In this document: positions 12,393 through 26,324 of the stretch, one piece after another
Position numbering within the stretch: the stretch's first letter is position 1
Layout of the letters: each line of letters begins with the position of its first letter
Source: Phyllosticta citribraziliensis
Taxonomy: Eukaryota
Length of the DNA stretch: 64,000 bases
Direction of reading: 5' to 3'
Assembly: GCF_038025025.1 (NCBI RefSeq)
Contig: NW_027117343.1
Coordinates: 558,001 to 622,000 of the forward strand
Translations under genes and position numbers: made by a program
Notes under the pieces: generated by a model
What the model saw: the letters and a program-made list of their open reading frames with translations, nothing else
Told to the model about the DNA's origin: nothing
The model's database searches: none

Positions 12393-13403
12393 GGCTGCTC
12401 GAGTGTTGGATACGACGCAGACTTTCGACGTCCGGCATGACGTTGGTGTCTGTGTGAAGAGTTTCGGATTTCTTTTTGTCAATCTCAAGGTCTTTGTACC
12501 ACCATTGTTTCATTTTTATTTCTCTGTCTTCGAGCCTCGGAGTTGGGAAGAGCTAGAGGGATACCCAGTCAAAGTTCCAAGCAACATCACTGGTCATGGC
12601 GTTTGTTTTTTCTTGAAATCATCTCGTCTTTTCATACTCCGCTTCGTCGCATTTTGTCTGCTTTATCTTGGCTTCAACGCATCTCCAACTCGCTGCTAGC
12701 TGCTATACCCGATCGTACCTGGACAAAATTGCTATGCAACCAGGCTCTCTCTTGTACATGATGTACAAGAACGAATGTAAAAATGTCAAGGATCCACAAT
12801 TTTCAGTGTTTGAACAGCTTGTGAAGCAAAGCTCCATGTGGTCAAAGTCCATGAAGCCAAATCCAGTTGCTCCTGAAAGTAATTGGAGCTGACCCATCGA
12901 TCGCACGCCATATGTGCGGACTTCTACTGCGGACAGCGCACTCCATTCGATCCAACGTAGATACGCTGCACCTGAATCATCAGGCAGTCAACTGACCACC
13001 ACACGGAGATTAACGAGTAATGCGACTCCCGAAAAGCGGAGGAATTTGTGTCTTGATCGAGGAGGAGCAAGGGTAGAAAGACGCGGTCACGTGCACAGGC
13101 GTCTGTTTTGGGGTAGCTTTGCGCTCATCACCCAACTGTCGGGGAAATTTGTATCATGTCTTTCGTGTCGTCTTTGCAAATCATGTAGTCTTTGCATTTC
13201 TCTGTTCTGTTCGAGAGCGGATTGCCGTGTTCATGCTGCGTCGGCCGGTTCGGGCAAGAGGAAGACGAGAGTAGATTTGTAGACTTTTGATTATGTACAT
13301 TAAGCAGTGGTAAAAAGCGAAAGAAAAACGAGAGAGTCCAACTACAAACGCAATTTACCCAGGTATTCAGTGTGCTTCATGAAGAAGCGGGAGTTGTCCT
13401 TGC

Positions 13404-14208
13404 TTAGTAAGTGATGGAGACGTTCCGAGCGCCTTCCCCGCGTTTGCCCTCCTTGACGGCACTCTCAAAGAGCCACAATCCGACGTCGTCTCTGCTAATC
13501 GTGTACCCAATCTGGGGTTCCTTGTCGCTGCCCACCCGAATCTTGTCCATCGATGTCATTGGGCCGTTGGTCAACAGGCTGGGCCGGATGATGATGGCGC
13601 TGTCAATGGCCCGCTCAGCTTCAGGCTTCCGCGTCTCGGCCACGATCATGTCCTCCATCACCTTCTTGTCCTTGTGTGGAACCGCCAACAACCAATGGTA
13701 TAGAGGCATCATGGCGATGGGAATGTCTCGACCAGTGTCACTGATGCCAGTGGTGCTCAGAACCACCAGCTGAGGCCGCGGCCCTCCGAGGCGACGGATT
13801 GCATCAAAGATTGTACGAGTTGCGTCCTGGCAGATGGTGGGATCGTCCAAGGTCGGCTTCAGTGGATTCGGAGTAAACTGCGGCTTGCCACCGACACCAG
13901 AAATGACGATGTCGACGGCTGGCTCGAGGGTGCGGTAGACAGCTTCGGAATCCTTGACGGAGCCGGTGACGATGCGGAGGTGGTTGGCGATGGCCGCGTC
14001 GGAGACGTTGCGCTCCTTGAGGATACCGAGTAGCTTCTGCTCACTACGAACCACTGCGTGTCGATGTCAGCGCCTTATTGTCAATTCCTGGGATGCCAAA
14101 GCACAAACGCGTCGAGCATTGGTAGCCGCCCTGCAACGCGAGAACAAGGCTCGCCGCGATGGAGCCGCCGGTGGCACCGAAAAAGGCGAGACGGAGAGGT
14201 TGCGCCAT
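13404..14208 (-). CDS. NAD(P)-binding Rossmann-fold oxidoreductase (AvfA/OrdB-like; PynE/PytE-type reductase candidate)
   Basis: MAQPLRLAFFGATGGS glycine-rich motif; one intron; HKDKKVME, IIRPSLLTNG, GYTISRDDVG; divergent from the PKS-NRPS across a 329-bp promoter. Confidence 0.82.
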
Positions 14209-14373
14209 GTTTACCAACAACAATCAGATTATTTTGCGGAATGGTCCAATCCTGCTCGTTCGCGGAGGCGTCTTTTACTTCGGAGTGGCGGAGCAATTCG
14301 ATGTTCGTCCGCGCTGCACGTCGCGTTCACGAGTCGGCGCTCCGTCCCGCGGCGGCGGCGAGATACCCTGCAG

Positions 14374-14389
14374 TCCGCCTGCTGACGGA
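14374..14389. promoter_or_regulatory. TCCG-N8-CGGA everted repeat, candidate Zn2Cys6 site (variant TCCG-N8-CGGC at 14341-14356)
   Basis: TCCG CCTGCTGA CGGA in the reductase/PKS-NRPS bidirectional promoter; same spacing recurs in other cluster promoters. Confidence 0.65.
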
Positions 14390-14537
14390 TACCACCGCGG
14401 ACACCACCACGTCCAATGGGATTATTATCCTGCCCAGAGGTAATTCAGAGTCTCTTATATTCGAGTACATTTTCCTCCGCTCTGCAGGTATCCAATTCGT
14501 TACTTGTCCAAACCTGCTCACCCCCTCTTCCCTAATA

Positions 14538-17500
14538 ATGTCTACCTCAAGCACTCCCAAAGCATCAAGCGAGGCTTCTAGCCCCAGACTCGCTGCCTCG
14601 CTGTCTTCGGCCAGCTCTGCACCTCCCACCGAGGACCCTTCTGTCATTGTCGGTCTGGCCTGCCGCGTGCCGGGCGCCCAGAACTATGGCCAACTATGGG
14701 ACCACATCGTCGCTCAGAAGGACATGCGGCGCAAGATGCCCGAGAACCGCTTCAATGTTGACAACTTTTACCATGCTGATGGTGCAAACAAGGGAACAGT
14801 GAGTGTTCTCCATCTACGACATTCAAGCTTACTGACGATGTGCAGACAAATTCCAAGTGGGGTTATTTCCTTGAACAGGACATTGGAAACTTTGATCCTG
14901 GATTCTTTGGTATCTCCGGCGCAGAAGCCGAGGCCATGGATCCGCAACAGCGGTTGCTGCTAGAAGTTGTTTATGAGGCACTCGAAGATGCCGGAATCAC
15001 CCTCGACGAAATCAGCGGCACACAAACGTCTGTTTACTGCGGATCCTTTACCAACGACTACAATGCCATGACCACGAAAGACCTTGCACACTATCCCAAG
15101 TACACGGTCACCGGCACTGGCAATGCAATTCTTTCCAACCGAATTTCCTACTTCTACAACCTTCACGGGCCGAGCGTGACAGTGGATACGGCCTGTTCTT
15201 CGTCCCTGGTCTGCTTTCATCTGGGAAACCGCTCTCTCCACGACAAGGAAGCCGACATCTCCATTGTCGTAGGATCTTCCCTCCACTTCGACCCCAACAT
15301 CTTCATCACCATGACCGACCTCGGAATGCTTTCAACCGACGGTCGTTGCCGGGCGTTTGACGAAAAGGGCTCTGGTTATGTTCGTGGTGAGGGTATCTGC
15401 GCTGTGGTTCTCAAGCGCCGCAGCGACGCGGAGTTGAGCGGAGACAGGATTCGCGCAGTCGTGCGTACCACCGGAGTAAACCACGACGGTCGCAAACAGG
15501 GTATTACCTACCCGAACACGGACGCCCAGGAGGCGCTCATCCGGGCCACGTACGAGAATGCCGGGCTGGATCCCGCCGAAACCCAGTACTTCGAGGCCCA
15601 CGGCACTGGCACGAAGGCGGGTGATCCGAACGAGACCCGCGCGATCGGTGCTGTGTTTTCTCCCAACAGGAACGACAACATCGTCGTCGGCTCCGTCAAG
15701 ACCAACATTGGCCACCTGGAGGGTGCGTCCGGCCTTGCGGCTCTCGTCAAGACGACCATGGCCCTCGAAAAAGCCCAAATCCCGCCGAACATGCACTTTG
15801 AAGACCCCAACCCGGCTATCAAGTTCAGCGACTGGAAAATCACCGTTCCCCAGAAGTTGATGGACTGGAAGCCCGGTCCAACCGGTGTTCGCAGGGCGAG
15901 TATCAACTCTTTTGGCTACGGAGGTACCAACGCCCACGTGGTGCTCGAGGATTACCAACCGCCCGAGCCTATCGTCGAGGCTATGCCACTTCTCCCGGAG
16001 CCTTTGGCTCCCATGGTCACTCAGAGGCCCTTCCTTGCTCCTCTTTCAGCCCACACCGACAGGGCCGGCAAACTTCAGGTTGCACAGCTCATTGAGTACC
16101 TGAAAGAACGCCCAAGCTCCAAGGTGGCAGATCTCGTCCACAGTCTTTCCGTGCGCCGTACTCGCCACACGTCACGGTCTTTTGCAATTGGCAAGGATAT
16201 TGAAGAGCTCATCAAGGATATGAGCGAGCCGCCGCCAGTCGCCAACTGGAGAAACGCCAACACTACCAGCCCCCGTCTGGGCTTCGTCTTCACCGGCCAG
16301 GGTGCACAGTGGTTTGCTATGGGCAGACAGCTCATTCAGCAGTCGCCCCTCTTCAGGCAGACTCTGGAGAAGTGCGACCGGGTGCTCCAATCCCTTCCCG
16401 ACCGCCCCGATTGGTCTGTCGTCGGAGAGCTGTCTCGCGGAAAGGAGGACTCTCAGCTCGGCCAGACTCGCTTCTCTCAGCCCATCTGCACGGCCCTGCA
16501 GCTTGCTGTCGTGGATCAACTCAAGGCCTGGGGTATCGAGCCCTCCGCTTGCGTCGGCCACTCGTCTGGAGAGATGGGTGCCGCCTATGCCTCTGGAATC
16601 CTCGACTTTGAGAGCGCCATCATCGCTGCGTACTACAGAGGTCTCTACATGTCCAACTCGACGGAGGTCAAGGACGCGGTTCAAAAGAAGGGCGCCATGA
16701 TGGCTGTTGGTCTGACGGAAGCCGAATGCCAGGTCGAGCTTGAGCCCTACAAGGGTCGCGTCGGCATCGCTGCCATCAACAGCATGTCCAGCATTACGCT
16801 CTCTGGTGACGAAGATGCCATCGTCGAGATCAAGGACAAGCTCACCGAGCGCAAGGTCTTTGCTCGTCAGCTTCAGGTCGCTCAAGCTTTCCACTCTCAC
16901 CACATGGATCCTTTGGCCCCTGCCTACGAACGTGCCCTGCAGCACTGCCCTCAGTTCAAGACCAAGGAACCGTCTTGCCGCATGTTCAGCTCCGTCACAG
17001 CGCGTCTTGCTGACTGGCAGAGCATGGGCGGCAAGTACTGGGCTCAGAACATGAAGGGCACCGTCCGATTCTCCGATGCCCTTACTGGAATCCTCCTTGA
17101 CGACGAGGACATTCAGAACATTGACCTGCTCGTCGAGATTGGTCCTCACCCCGCACTCAAGGGACCGGCTCGCCAGGTCATCCAGTCTCTGCGCCTTGAG
17201 GTTCCCTATTTGGCCAGTTTGACCAGGAACGAGCCCGACTACAACGGTCTGCTCCAGCTCGCAGGTCAGCTCTTCGCCCACGGATACTCTGTCGATTTGG
17301 ATGCTGTCAACCGCGACCACTTTTTGTCTGAGATGGGCCCGAGCGTCAGCGTTCCTACCGGTGCCAAGCTGCTTGACCTCCCCACATACGCCTGGGACCA
17401 CAAGCGCTACTGGGCCGAGACCAGGTACATCAAGGAGCATCGTCAGAGGAAGCACAGGCACTCGCTCCTCGGAGCTCCCATACCCGGATCGGTGGAGGGT

Positions 17501-20500
17501 CACCCTCGCTGGAGGAACTACCTTCATCTCAACGAGCTGCCTTGGTTGTCGGAGCACGTTGTCGATGGCAAGACCATTTTCCCCGGTGCTGGTTACGTCT
17601 GCATGGCAATTGAAGCTGCGATTCGCTTGAATGACCAGCCTCTGTCTTCCATCAAGAGCGTGGTCCTCAGGGATATTGTGATCAAGTCTGCCCTGACTCT
17701 GAGCGACACCACCATGGGCTCCGAAATTCTGCTTGAGCTCAAGCCTCTGAGGACGTCTTCCAAGAGCCACTCCGATGTCTGGCATGAATTCATCGTTTCT
17801 TCCTACGAAGATTCTGGTCGTTGCACCGAGCATTGTCATGGTATCGTTTGTGTCGAGAGCGGCGAGCCCTGCACTGTCCAGACTCTGGCTTCCTACCCAA
17901 GCCTCGAGTCTTTGAGCAAGGACACTGTTAGGTCCGTCGGTCGCGATGCGTTCTACAGGCACCTCGACAAGCTTGGCCTTTCGTACGGAGAAAACTTCCG
18001 CCTCCTTTCTGGAGACTTGGAGAGCGCTCCAGGATACGCCATCGCACCCTTGACGTACAAGCCGCTTGCTGTTGGAAGCGAGGAGCCCTACGACGCGACG
18101 ATTCTGCACCCGAGTCTATTGGACGCTGTTTTCCACGTCATTTTCAATGCCATTGAGTCTCGCCTCGGTCGTCCGCTCCAGGAGCCTTACGTCCCCAACT
18201 TTGTCCGCTCCCTGACTGTCTCGGGCGCCTTCGTCAACGCTCCCCTCTTCGAGGACAAGGAATTCAAGGTGTGCTCCTTGACCGAGCTTCCCACTGCCAG
18301 AGTTGCCATCAACGACCTCTTGGTTTACTCAAAGGACGCTGATCAGCTCCTCGTCGAACTCCAAGGCCTGCAAGTCACCTCTTTGGGCAAGGACGACGAA
18401 GACAGCAGTTCCAAGCGCTCGCTCTTCTTCAGACAGCGCTGGCAGCCTTGCTTTGAGCTCATCAAGCCTGAAATGGCGATCCCCTCTCTTGACAGCCTGT
18501 CCCACGTCGTTGACCTCTTTGCCCACCAATACCCGGACACTCAAATCTTCCATCTCACTACGGGTATTGAGAGGACTCAAGAGGTGCTCCAGACCCTTGG
18601 AGGCACCAGGTATGAGCGTCGCCGCTTCAAGAACCTCGAAGTCTTCTCTCCCTACCTCTCTGCTGAACAATTTGACGACTTGAAGGAGCAGCGTTCCGGT
18701 CTGGTGGAGTTCTCCGAACCCAAGGAGGACAACTACGACTTGGTTATTCTGAGCACGAAGACTGAAATCAACGCTTCTTCTTTGGTCAAGGAGGGCGGAT
18801 TCGTCATTCTCGACGGTGCTGACGCGAAGACTGCGCAGTCAGCCGACTTGGCTGAGATCTTTACTGCTGGCAGCCTCAGCATCTGGCGCAAGCCTGAGCA
18901 GAAAGCTGGTATCGATGGCACTGTCAACGTCGTCATGCCAGAGCAAAAGTCAGAGGTTGCCAGCTCTGTTCTCGCCGGTCTGCGCAAGACGCTCAAGGTC
19001 CCAGTCACTACCACCACCTTCCCGATCCTGGCCAAGGATGCGCCTCCTGCTGGCAACTTCGTTGTCCTGGCCAGCCTTGGAGACGACTTTGAAAGGCCAC
19101 AGTTTTATGAGGGTGCGCAGGCTCTGCTGAGGGAAGAGTCCGTCAACGCCGTCTGGCTCACCCACGGAGCGACCATGGAGTCCACCAACCCCGAGCACGC
19201 AATGGTCATTGGTCTTGCTCGTGTTGCTCACATGGAGAACGAGCAGCTTCGTCTCGTCGTGGTTGATCTCGAAGACAACTTTGCTGCAGACTCGGCTGTT
19301 GAGACCATCGCCCAGGCTCTCGATCCCGACTTCAACGAGGATGAGCTCACGAAGCGTAACGGTGTTCCGTACATCCCCAGGGTGGAGGCAGACGACTCGC
19401 TCAACTCCAAGCTTCGCAACGGTGTTGGCCATGAGCCCAGACTCGAGCCTTTCGGCGAGAGGCGCCCTCTTGCTCTCAAGGTCGGCAAGGTTGGTCTTCT
19501 TGAGACCCTCTACTTTGAGGAGGACGAGGAGATTCTCGACAACCCCCTCGCCGACGATGAGATTGAGATTGAGAACAAGGCCTCCGCCATCAACTTCAGG
19601 GACATTGCATCCGCCATGGGTATCATCGAGGACTACAAGCTCGGTGACGAATGCGCTGGTATCGTCATCCGCACTGGATCCAAGGTCAACCCCGACGACT
19701 TCAAGCCTGGCGACCGTGTTGTGGCATGGAGGCCCGGCCAGGGTGCTCACAGGGGCATCGTCCGCAACCCCGCTTCCCTGTGCTGGAGGCTCACCGGAGA
19801 CATGCCATTCTCTGCGGCCACTGCTCTGCCGCTGATCATCACCACTGCGTACTACGCACTTGTCGATGTCGCCAACATGCAACCCGGCGAGAACATCTTG
19901 ATCCACGGTGCTATGGGTGGTGTCGGTCAAATGGCGGTGCAGCTCGCTCAGCGCGCCGGATGCAAAGTTCTTGCCACTGTCGGATCTCAAGCCAAGCGTG
20001 ATGCTCTCAAGGCCAAGTATGGTGTCCCCGACGACTGTATCTTCTCCTCCCGCGACGACAGCTTTGTCGAGGGTGTTCTCAAGGCGACGGACGGCAGGGG
20101 CGCCGACGTCGTCTTGAACAGTCTTGCTGGCAAGCTGCTGCACGCAGCTTGGAACAGCATGGCGCCGTTCGGCCGCTTCGTCGAGATTGGCAAGAGGGAC
20201 ATTCACGAAAACACCAAGCTCGACATGGATCCCTTCCGCAAGAACGTCACCTTCGCCTGCGTCGACCTCATCACCATCTTTGAGCTCAACAAGACCCTCG
20301 GAGCCCGCATCTTCAAGAAGTGCTGCGAACTTGTGCACGAAGGCGAGATTCAGCTTCCCGAGGTCAAGGAGGTCTCCTACGCGGAGGCGCAGGCTGGTTT
20401 CCGTCTTCTCCAGATGGGTAAGCACATGGGCAAGGTTGTTCTCGTTCCCCACAAGGAGGATATCGTGCCCGTCCTTCCGCCTAGCTACCGGAACGTCAAC

Positions 20501-23500
20501 ATCTTTGACCCCTCCAAGGCTTATCTGCTTGTCGGCGGCCTCGGTGGTCTTGGCCGCACGTTGGCGCAGTGGATGGTGAGGAAGGGCGCGAAGCACCTCG
20601 TCTTCCTGTCTCGTTCTGGCGCCGACCGTCCGGAAGCCAAGATCACCATTGATTGGTTGCAGAAGAGGAACGTCGCTGTCGATGTGTACCGTGGAGATGT
20701 CTCGAGCTTTGCCGACGTTGACGGCTGCGTGCAGTCGATCGGAAGCAAGCTGGGCGGTATCTTCCAAGCCGCCATGGTCCTGCAAGACGCGCCTCTCGAA
20801 AAAATGACTTTCCAGCAATGGCAAAAGTGTGTCCAGCCCAAGGTCAACGGTACCTTCAACCTTCACAAGGCCACGTCTGGCCTCTCCCTCGACTTCTTCG
20901 TCTGCTTCTCGTCCGTCTCTGGTGTCATTGGCAGCAAAGCCCAGGCCAACTATGCTGCGGCGAACAACTACATGGATTCGTTGATGCGCCAGCGCCGTGA
21001 ACACGGCCTTGCTGGTACCACCATGAACGTTGGTGCCATCACCGGCATCGGTGTCGTCGCAGAGGACATTGCGCTTCAGAAGCACATGGAACGTATTGGC
21101 ATGGACCTTGTCAACGAGGAAGAGCTGCTGTACCTCCTGGAGGAAGCCGTCAAGTCCAACAAGCACGAAACGGTTGACAACAGGGGAGTTGACAAGCACC
21201 AGATCATCACCGGACTCAACCTCTCCCGCAAGGATGTCGACTGGGCCCTCAAGCCGCTGCAGCGCAACCTCTACGCCAACCACGACTTCAACCAGACCGG
21301 CAACACTTCTGGTGCGACCAAGAACCTCACGGCTCAGCTGGAATCGGCAACCACCCTTGAGGAGAAGACTGCTATTCTCCTCGAGGCATTCATTGCCAAG
21401 GTTGCCGCTGTGTTGGCCACTCCCGTTGAAATCATCCAAGCCAGCAACCCTCTCTCTGCCTACGGCCTGGACTCCATTGTCGCTGTCGAGTTCCGCAAGT
21501 GGTTCCGCAAGGCTGTCGGAGTTGACATTGCTCTGTTCGATGTCCTTAGCGCCAAGTCCATCAATGCTTTGGTCACCAAGGTCGCTGAGATGCTTGCCAC
21601 GCAGGCTAAGACCACCGCAACCGCTGCTGCGACCGAGTCGAAGGGAGCCAAGGAGACTGAAGGCAAGAAGGACAAGCTGGTCGTTGCCAAATCCACCCTT
21701 GGCGACATTCCCGTTGCCGATAAGTCTCAACCAGTGCCGCTGTCGACCTTCCAAAGCCGCATGTGGTGGGTACACAACCTGGCGGAAGACAAGTCTCAGC
21801 TCAACCTCTCCACCGTCTTCCATCTCAAGGGCGCTCCCAAGATCTCTGCCCTTGCCGAGACCTACCGCGAAATCGTACGCCGCGACGCAATCCTCCGGAC
21901 TGCGTACTTTGAAGGAGACGAATTCGCTGAGCAGGAGATTCTTGACGACGTTGGCTTCGAGATGGACTTTTTGGATTTGTCGACCCAGCGTGACCAGAAG
22001 TCTGCGCTGCAGACCTTCATCACCGAGTCCAAGAGCCAGGAGTTGGACATTGAGAGCGGCGAAAACATGAGAGCGACCATGGTCAAGCTGGGCGAGGACG
22101 AATTCGCCATCGTTCACATTTTCCACCACATTGCAGTCGACCGTGGCTCGTCCAAGGCATGGCTGCAGCGTCTTGTTGCCATTTACGACACCGTCGAGAG
22201 CAAGAAGGACCTTTCGACCGTCGCCTGGCCATCCATCAGCTACGCCGACTTTGCGATCTGGCACAACGCTCTCCTCATCTCGCCAGAATTCGAGTCGGAA
22301 ATCCGCTTCTGGAAGGACGAGCTTGCGGGAGCGCCCGAGGCATCCAAGCTCCTGCCATTCTCCAAGGGCGAGAGACCAGCTGTTGACAGCCGCGAGCGCG
22401 CTTTGCACAAGACCAAGCTGAACCTCAACCTCCTCAACCGCATGAAGCGCATTTGCTCTCAGTCCAACGCCACGCCGTTCCACTTCTTGCTGGCGGCATT
22501 CCGTGCCTTTTACTACCGGTACACCGAAGACAAGGACGTCACCATCCTCATGATTGACGGCAGCCGTCCTCACCCTGACTTGGAAGATGTGACTGGCTTC
22601 TACGTCAACATGATCCCTATCCGGTGCCGCGACGAATGCGAGACCAGCTTCGACGACCTGTTCGCCTCTTGCCGCCGCCGCACCCTCGACGCCATGTCCC
22701 ACAAGGACGTTCCCTTTGACAAGATCGTCGAAGTTGTCCAGGCGAAGAAGACTACGAGCCACTTCCCGATCGGCCAGATTGCCGTCAACTACCAAATCCA
22801 CGGCGAGATGCCCACGTTCCACGCCCGCGACTTTGACATCGACAATGTCGAATCAAGCGACATTCCCACCGCCTGCGACCTCCAGCTGGAAGCTCTGGCT
22901 GTCTCTGATGGCCTCAACCTCAACCTGGAGTACTCCACGGACCTCTACGGTGCTGAGGACATGGAGCGCTTCCTCGACAACTTCTTGACTTTCCTGGCAA
23001 GCTGCGTCAAGGACCACCGCCAGCCCATCGAGGAGATTGACATGTCTGGCTGCAAGGAACTTTTGCACCTCAAGGAAAAGTACTGGAACACTCAGTACAC
23101 CGAAAACGCCTGGAAAGAGGAGACTGTCCTGACCAAGATTCTCCGCGCTGCCCAGGACAGCCCCAACGCCATTGCCATCAACACTTCCGACGGCGACAGC
23201 ATCACTTACGAGAAACTCGTGGACAAGGCACAGCGGATCGGTGCCGTCCTGACCAAGTCTGGCGTGGAGCCTGCTCACCGTGTCGCCATTCTGTCGAACC
23301 CTGGAGTTGAAGCCATCAGCAGCATGTTGGGAGTACTTCTTGCACGCAACGGATACGTCGCGCTTGATCCCACTTTCGCCGTCGATCGTCTGGCCTTCAT
23401 GGTCTCCGACTCTGCCGCTCAGGTGATTTTGGTCGGTGAAGGATTGGAGTCTGTTGGAGAGGAGGTTGTGAGGAAGGCGGGTCAGTCGGTGCGCCTTGTT

Positions 23501-26324
23501 GGCATTGCAAGTTGCGCCACAGAGGCGTCCAAGCTGGGTCAGTCTCCCGTCTCGAGCCCTTCAGATCCGTTCTACATGATCTACACATCGGTAAGACGGT
23601 CAACCATGGCCTTGAGCCAAAGCTAATCTGTTACAATTACAGGGAAGTACTGGAAAGCCTAAGGGCGTCGTCCTCACCCAGTCCAACACGCAAGCGATGC
23701 TGAGTACGCTGCAACGCGATTACGAATTTTCTTCGTCCGACAAGTTTTTGCATCAGTCTTCCATCTGTTTCGATCTTTCCATTGTACAAATTTTCTCGGC
23801 GCTTACCACTGGAGCCACTGTTTGTGTCGCCTCCCCGGAAACAAGAAAAGACCCAGCGGCCCTGGCCGACTTCATGCGCGACGAGGGCGTCACTGTTACC
23901 TACTTCACGCCAACTCAATTCGCCCTCCTTCTCGAGCACAACTCGGCCGCTCTTCACGAATGCAAGGACTACCGAGTTGCCTACTTTGCAGGCGAACGTC
24001 TTCCCGTGCGAGTCGCAAAAGCCTTCTACGACCTCTCAACTCCTGCTACCGCCTACAACACATGGAGCCCCAGTGAGCTCGTCGTTCAGACCACCATCCA
24101 CAAAGTTGAGTACCCCGGAGAAGATGTCATTAGCATTCCCATCGGATACCCCATGTCCAACTGTCGCCATTATATTGTCGACTCCCGTCTTCACCCTCTC
24201 CCGACCGGCATGGTTGGAGAGATTGTGGTTGGCGGTGCTCAGGTCGGTGCTGGATACCTCAACCGCCCAGAGGCCAACGCACACTCTTTTGTGCTCGACC
24301 CTTGGTGTCCGGACGAAGACCGCGAGCGAGGATGGACGAGAATGTTCCGCACCGGAGACAAGGGTCGCTTCCGTCCTGATGCGCAACTGGAATTCCACGG
24401 ACGCATTGCTGGAGACAAGCAGATCAAGCTGAGAGGGTTCCGCATCGACCTCGGAGAAGTTGAACAGCAGCTCTACAAGCAGTCTTTCGAAGGCTCTCAA
24501 GGCTTGGTCGACATATCTGTCGTCGCTCGCTCTGACGACAACTCCGGCTTGGTTGACAACCGCAAGCTGATTGCCTTCATCGTCACCAAGGTTTCCATCG
24601 AATCTCCGGCTGAGCGGGCCAAGTATGTGACCATGCTCCATGACCGCATCGCGAAGAACCTCAACACCTACATGCTGCCGAGCGGTTACCAACTCCTCGA
24701 CGCTCTTCCCGTCACGATCGGTGGCAAGGTCGACCGTCAGAACCTGCTGACCCGGAAGTTGGATCTCATCTACCCAGGCAGTGAAGCCCAACAGACCTCG
24801 AACACGGAGACTTCGGCCCAAAATGAGAACCTTGGAGAGAACGAGACCAAGGTACTCCAGATGATCAAGGACGTTGTCGGCAGAGATACTACCATCGGTC
24901 TTCAAGACAACTTCTTTGCCATTGGAGGAAACAGTATTCTCCTCCTGCGCCTGCAGTCGAAAGTCAAGCGTACCTTCAAGACGGCTCCTTCGATGCAACA
25001 ACTCCTCAAGAATCCGACAGCTGAAGCGATCTGCTCCTTCATCCAATCTGGTGGCAAAGCTCCTACTTCCAAGTCTCGCAAGTCCGATGAAGCTGCCATT
25101 GACTGGGAGAAGGAATCTGCCCTGCCTTTGGTTCCGAAATACCAGCTCACGACCAAGTCTTCTGCGGTCCAACGCTCCACAATCCGCACTGTTCTCATGA
25201 CTGGTGCCGAGTCTTACATTGGAATCCACCTTCTCGCTACCATTCTCAGCAACGAGCCCAACACGACTGTCCACGTTCTTGGATCCGACGAGATTTGTGA
25301 CAAGGCAGTGCTCCTCCAGGAATTCAAGACATACGGCTTACTCAGTGAGGAGATGGAACTGGCCATTTTCACTCGCGTCCGTTCCGTCCGCGGGTTCCTT
25401 TCCAAGCCTCGCTTCGGCCTCAGTGACTCCCAGTTCGAAGTTCTTGGAAAGTCTGTCCAGGCCATTTACCACCTGGGCGGTCATGTCAACCTGCTCAAAA
25501 ACTACCGCGACCTCAAGCAGTCCAACGTGGGTCCCGTCCTTGATCTCATCGAACTCTCTGGAATTGGAGCGTCCTTGGCAGAAATTCACTACCTGTCGAC
25601 TTGGAGTGTGCCGCACCTCCAGGCCTGGGTCAACGCCAAACTGACCCGCAACACCATCTCCGTTGCTGAAGAGGATGTCGAGCACTTTTCGCCGCCAGCC
25701 ACGGATGACTTTGGCTACTTCAAGACTCGCTGGGTGGCCGAGCGCCTCCTCACTCGCGCAGCTCGTCGCGGCTTCCCCGTCACCATCTACCGCGCCTCAG
25801 CCGTGACAGCCAGCTCCGCCACCAAAGTCCCTGAGCCGTCTGACGGCTTCATCGGGCGCATGATTTTCGGAATGGTCGACACGGGCCTCATCCCAGCGGA
25901 CGAACCCAACAAGCCCGGCTGGGACATCGACTTCGTCCCAGTCGATACGCTGGCAACGACGATGCACACGCTGGCGATGCACGGCGAGCTCGCCCACGAC
26001 GACCTGGCCATCTTCCACATCGGCAACCCGCGGCCGCTCCCGCTCAAGGACCTGGCCCCGGTCATTCCGCAAATCAACCCGCACCAGGGCGAGGGCCGGC
26101 TCATCCCGCTCGCCGACTGGCTTAACAAGCACGCCACATCGCTCGACGAGGACGGCAAGCTCAAGTGGGAGGTGCTCCGCGGCTACTTTAGCAATGGGCA
26201 CACCATCTTTTCGCTCGATAGGGAGAAGACGGCGCAGGCGTTGGCGAAGGTCGGCATGAAGGTTGAGTGTCCTCCTGTTGATGGCAAGTACCTGGGTGAG
26301 GTGTGGGAGAGGCATGCGGAGTAG
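14538..26324 (+). CDS. Hybrid PKS-NRPS: KS-AT-DH-(degenerate MT)-ER-KR-ACP-C-A-T-(degenerate R); PynA/PytA-like
   Basis: KS DTACSSS/HGTGT/GHLE; AT GHSSG, AFHSH; DH HVVDGKTIFP; ER INFRD, LIHGAMGGVG; KR VGGLGGLG, YAAAN; ACP GLDSI; C HHIAVD; A YTSGSTGKPKG, FRTGD, GRIAGDKQIKLRGFRIDLGEVE, GKVDR; T GGNS; SDR-like tail. Introns ~14799-14846 and ~23591-23643. Confidence 0.95.

Noticed and set aside
18950..22822. 1290-aa minus-strand ORF, and similar 645-aa (16172-18109) and 412-aa (24036-25274) ORFs
   Set aside because: Antisense shadows of the PKS-NRPS caused by strong C-ending codon bias; no domain motifs.
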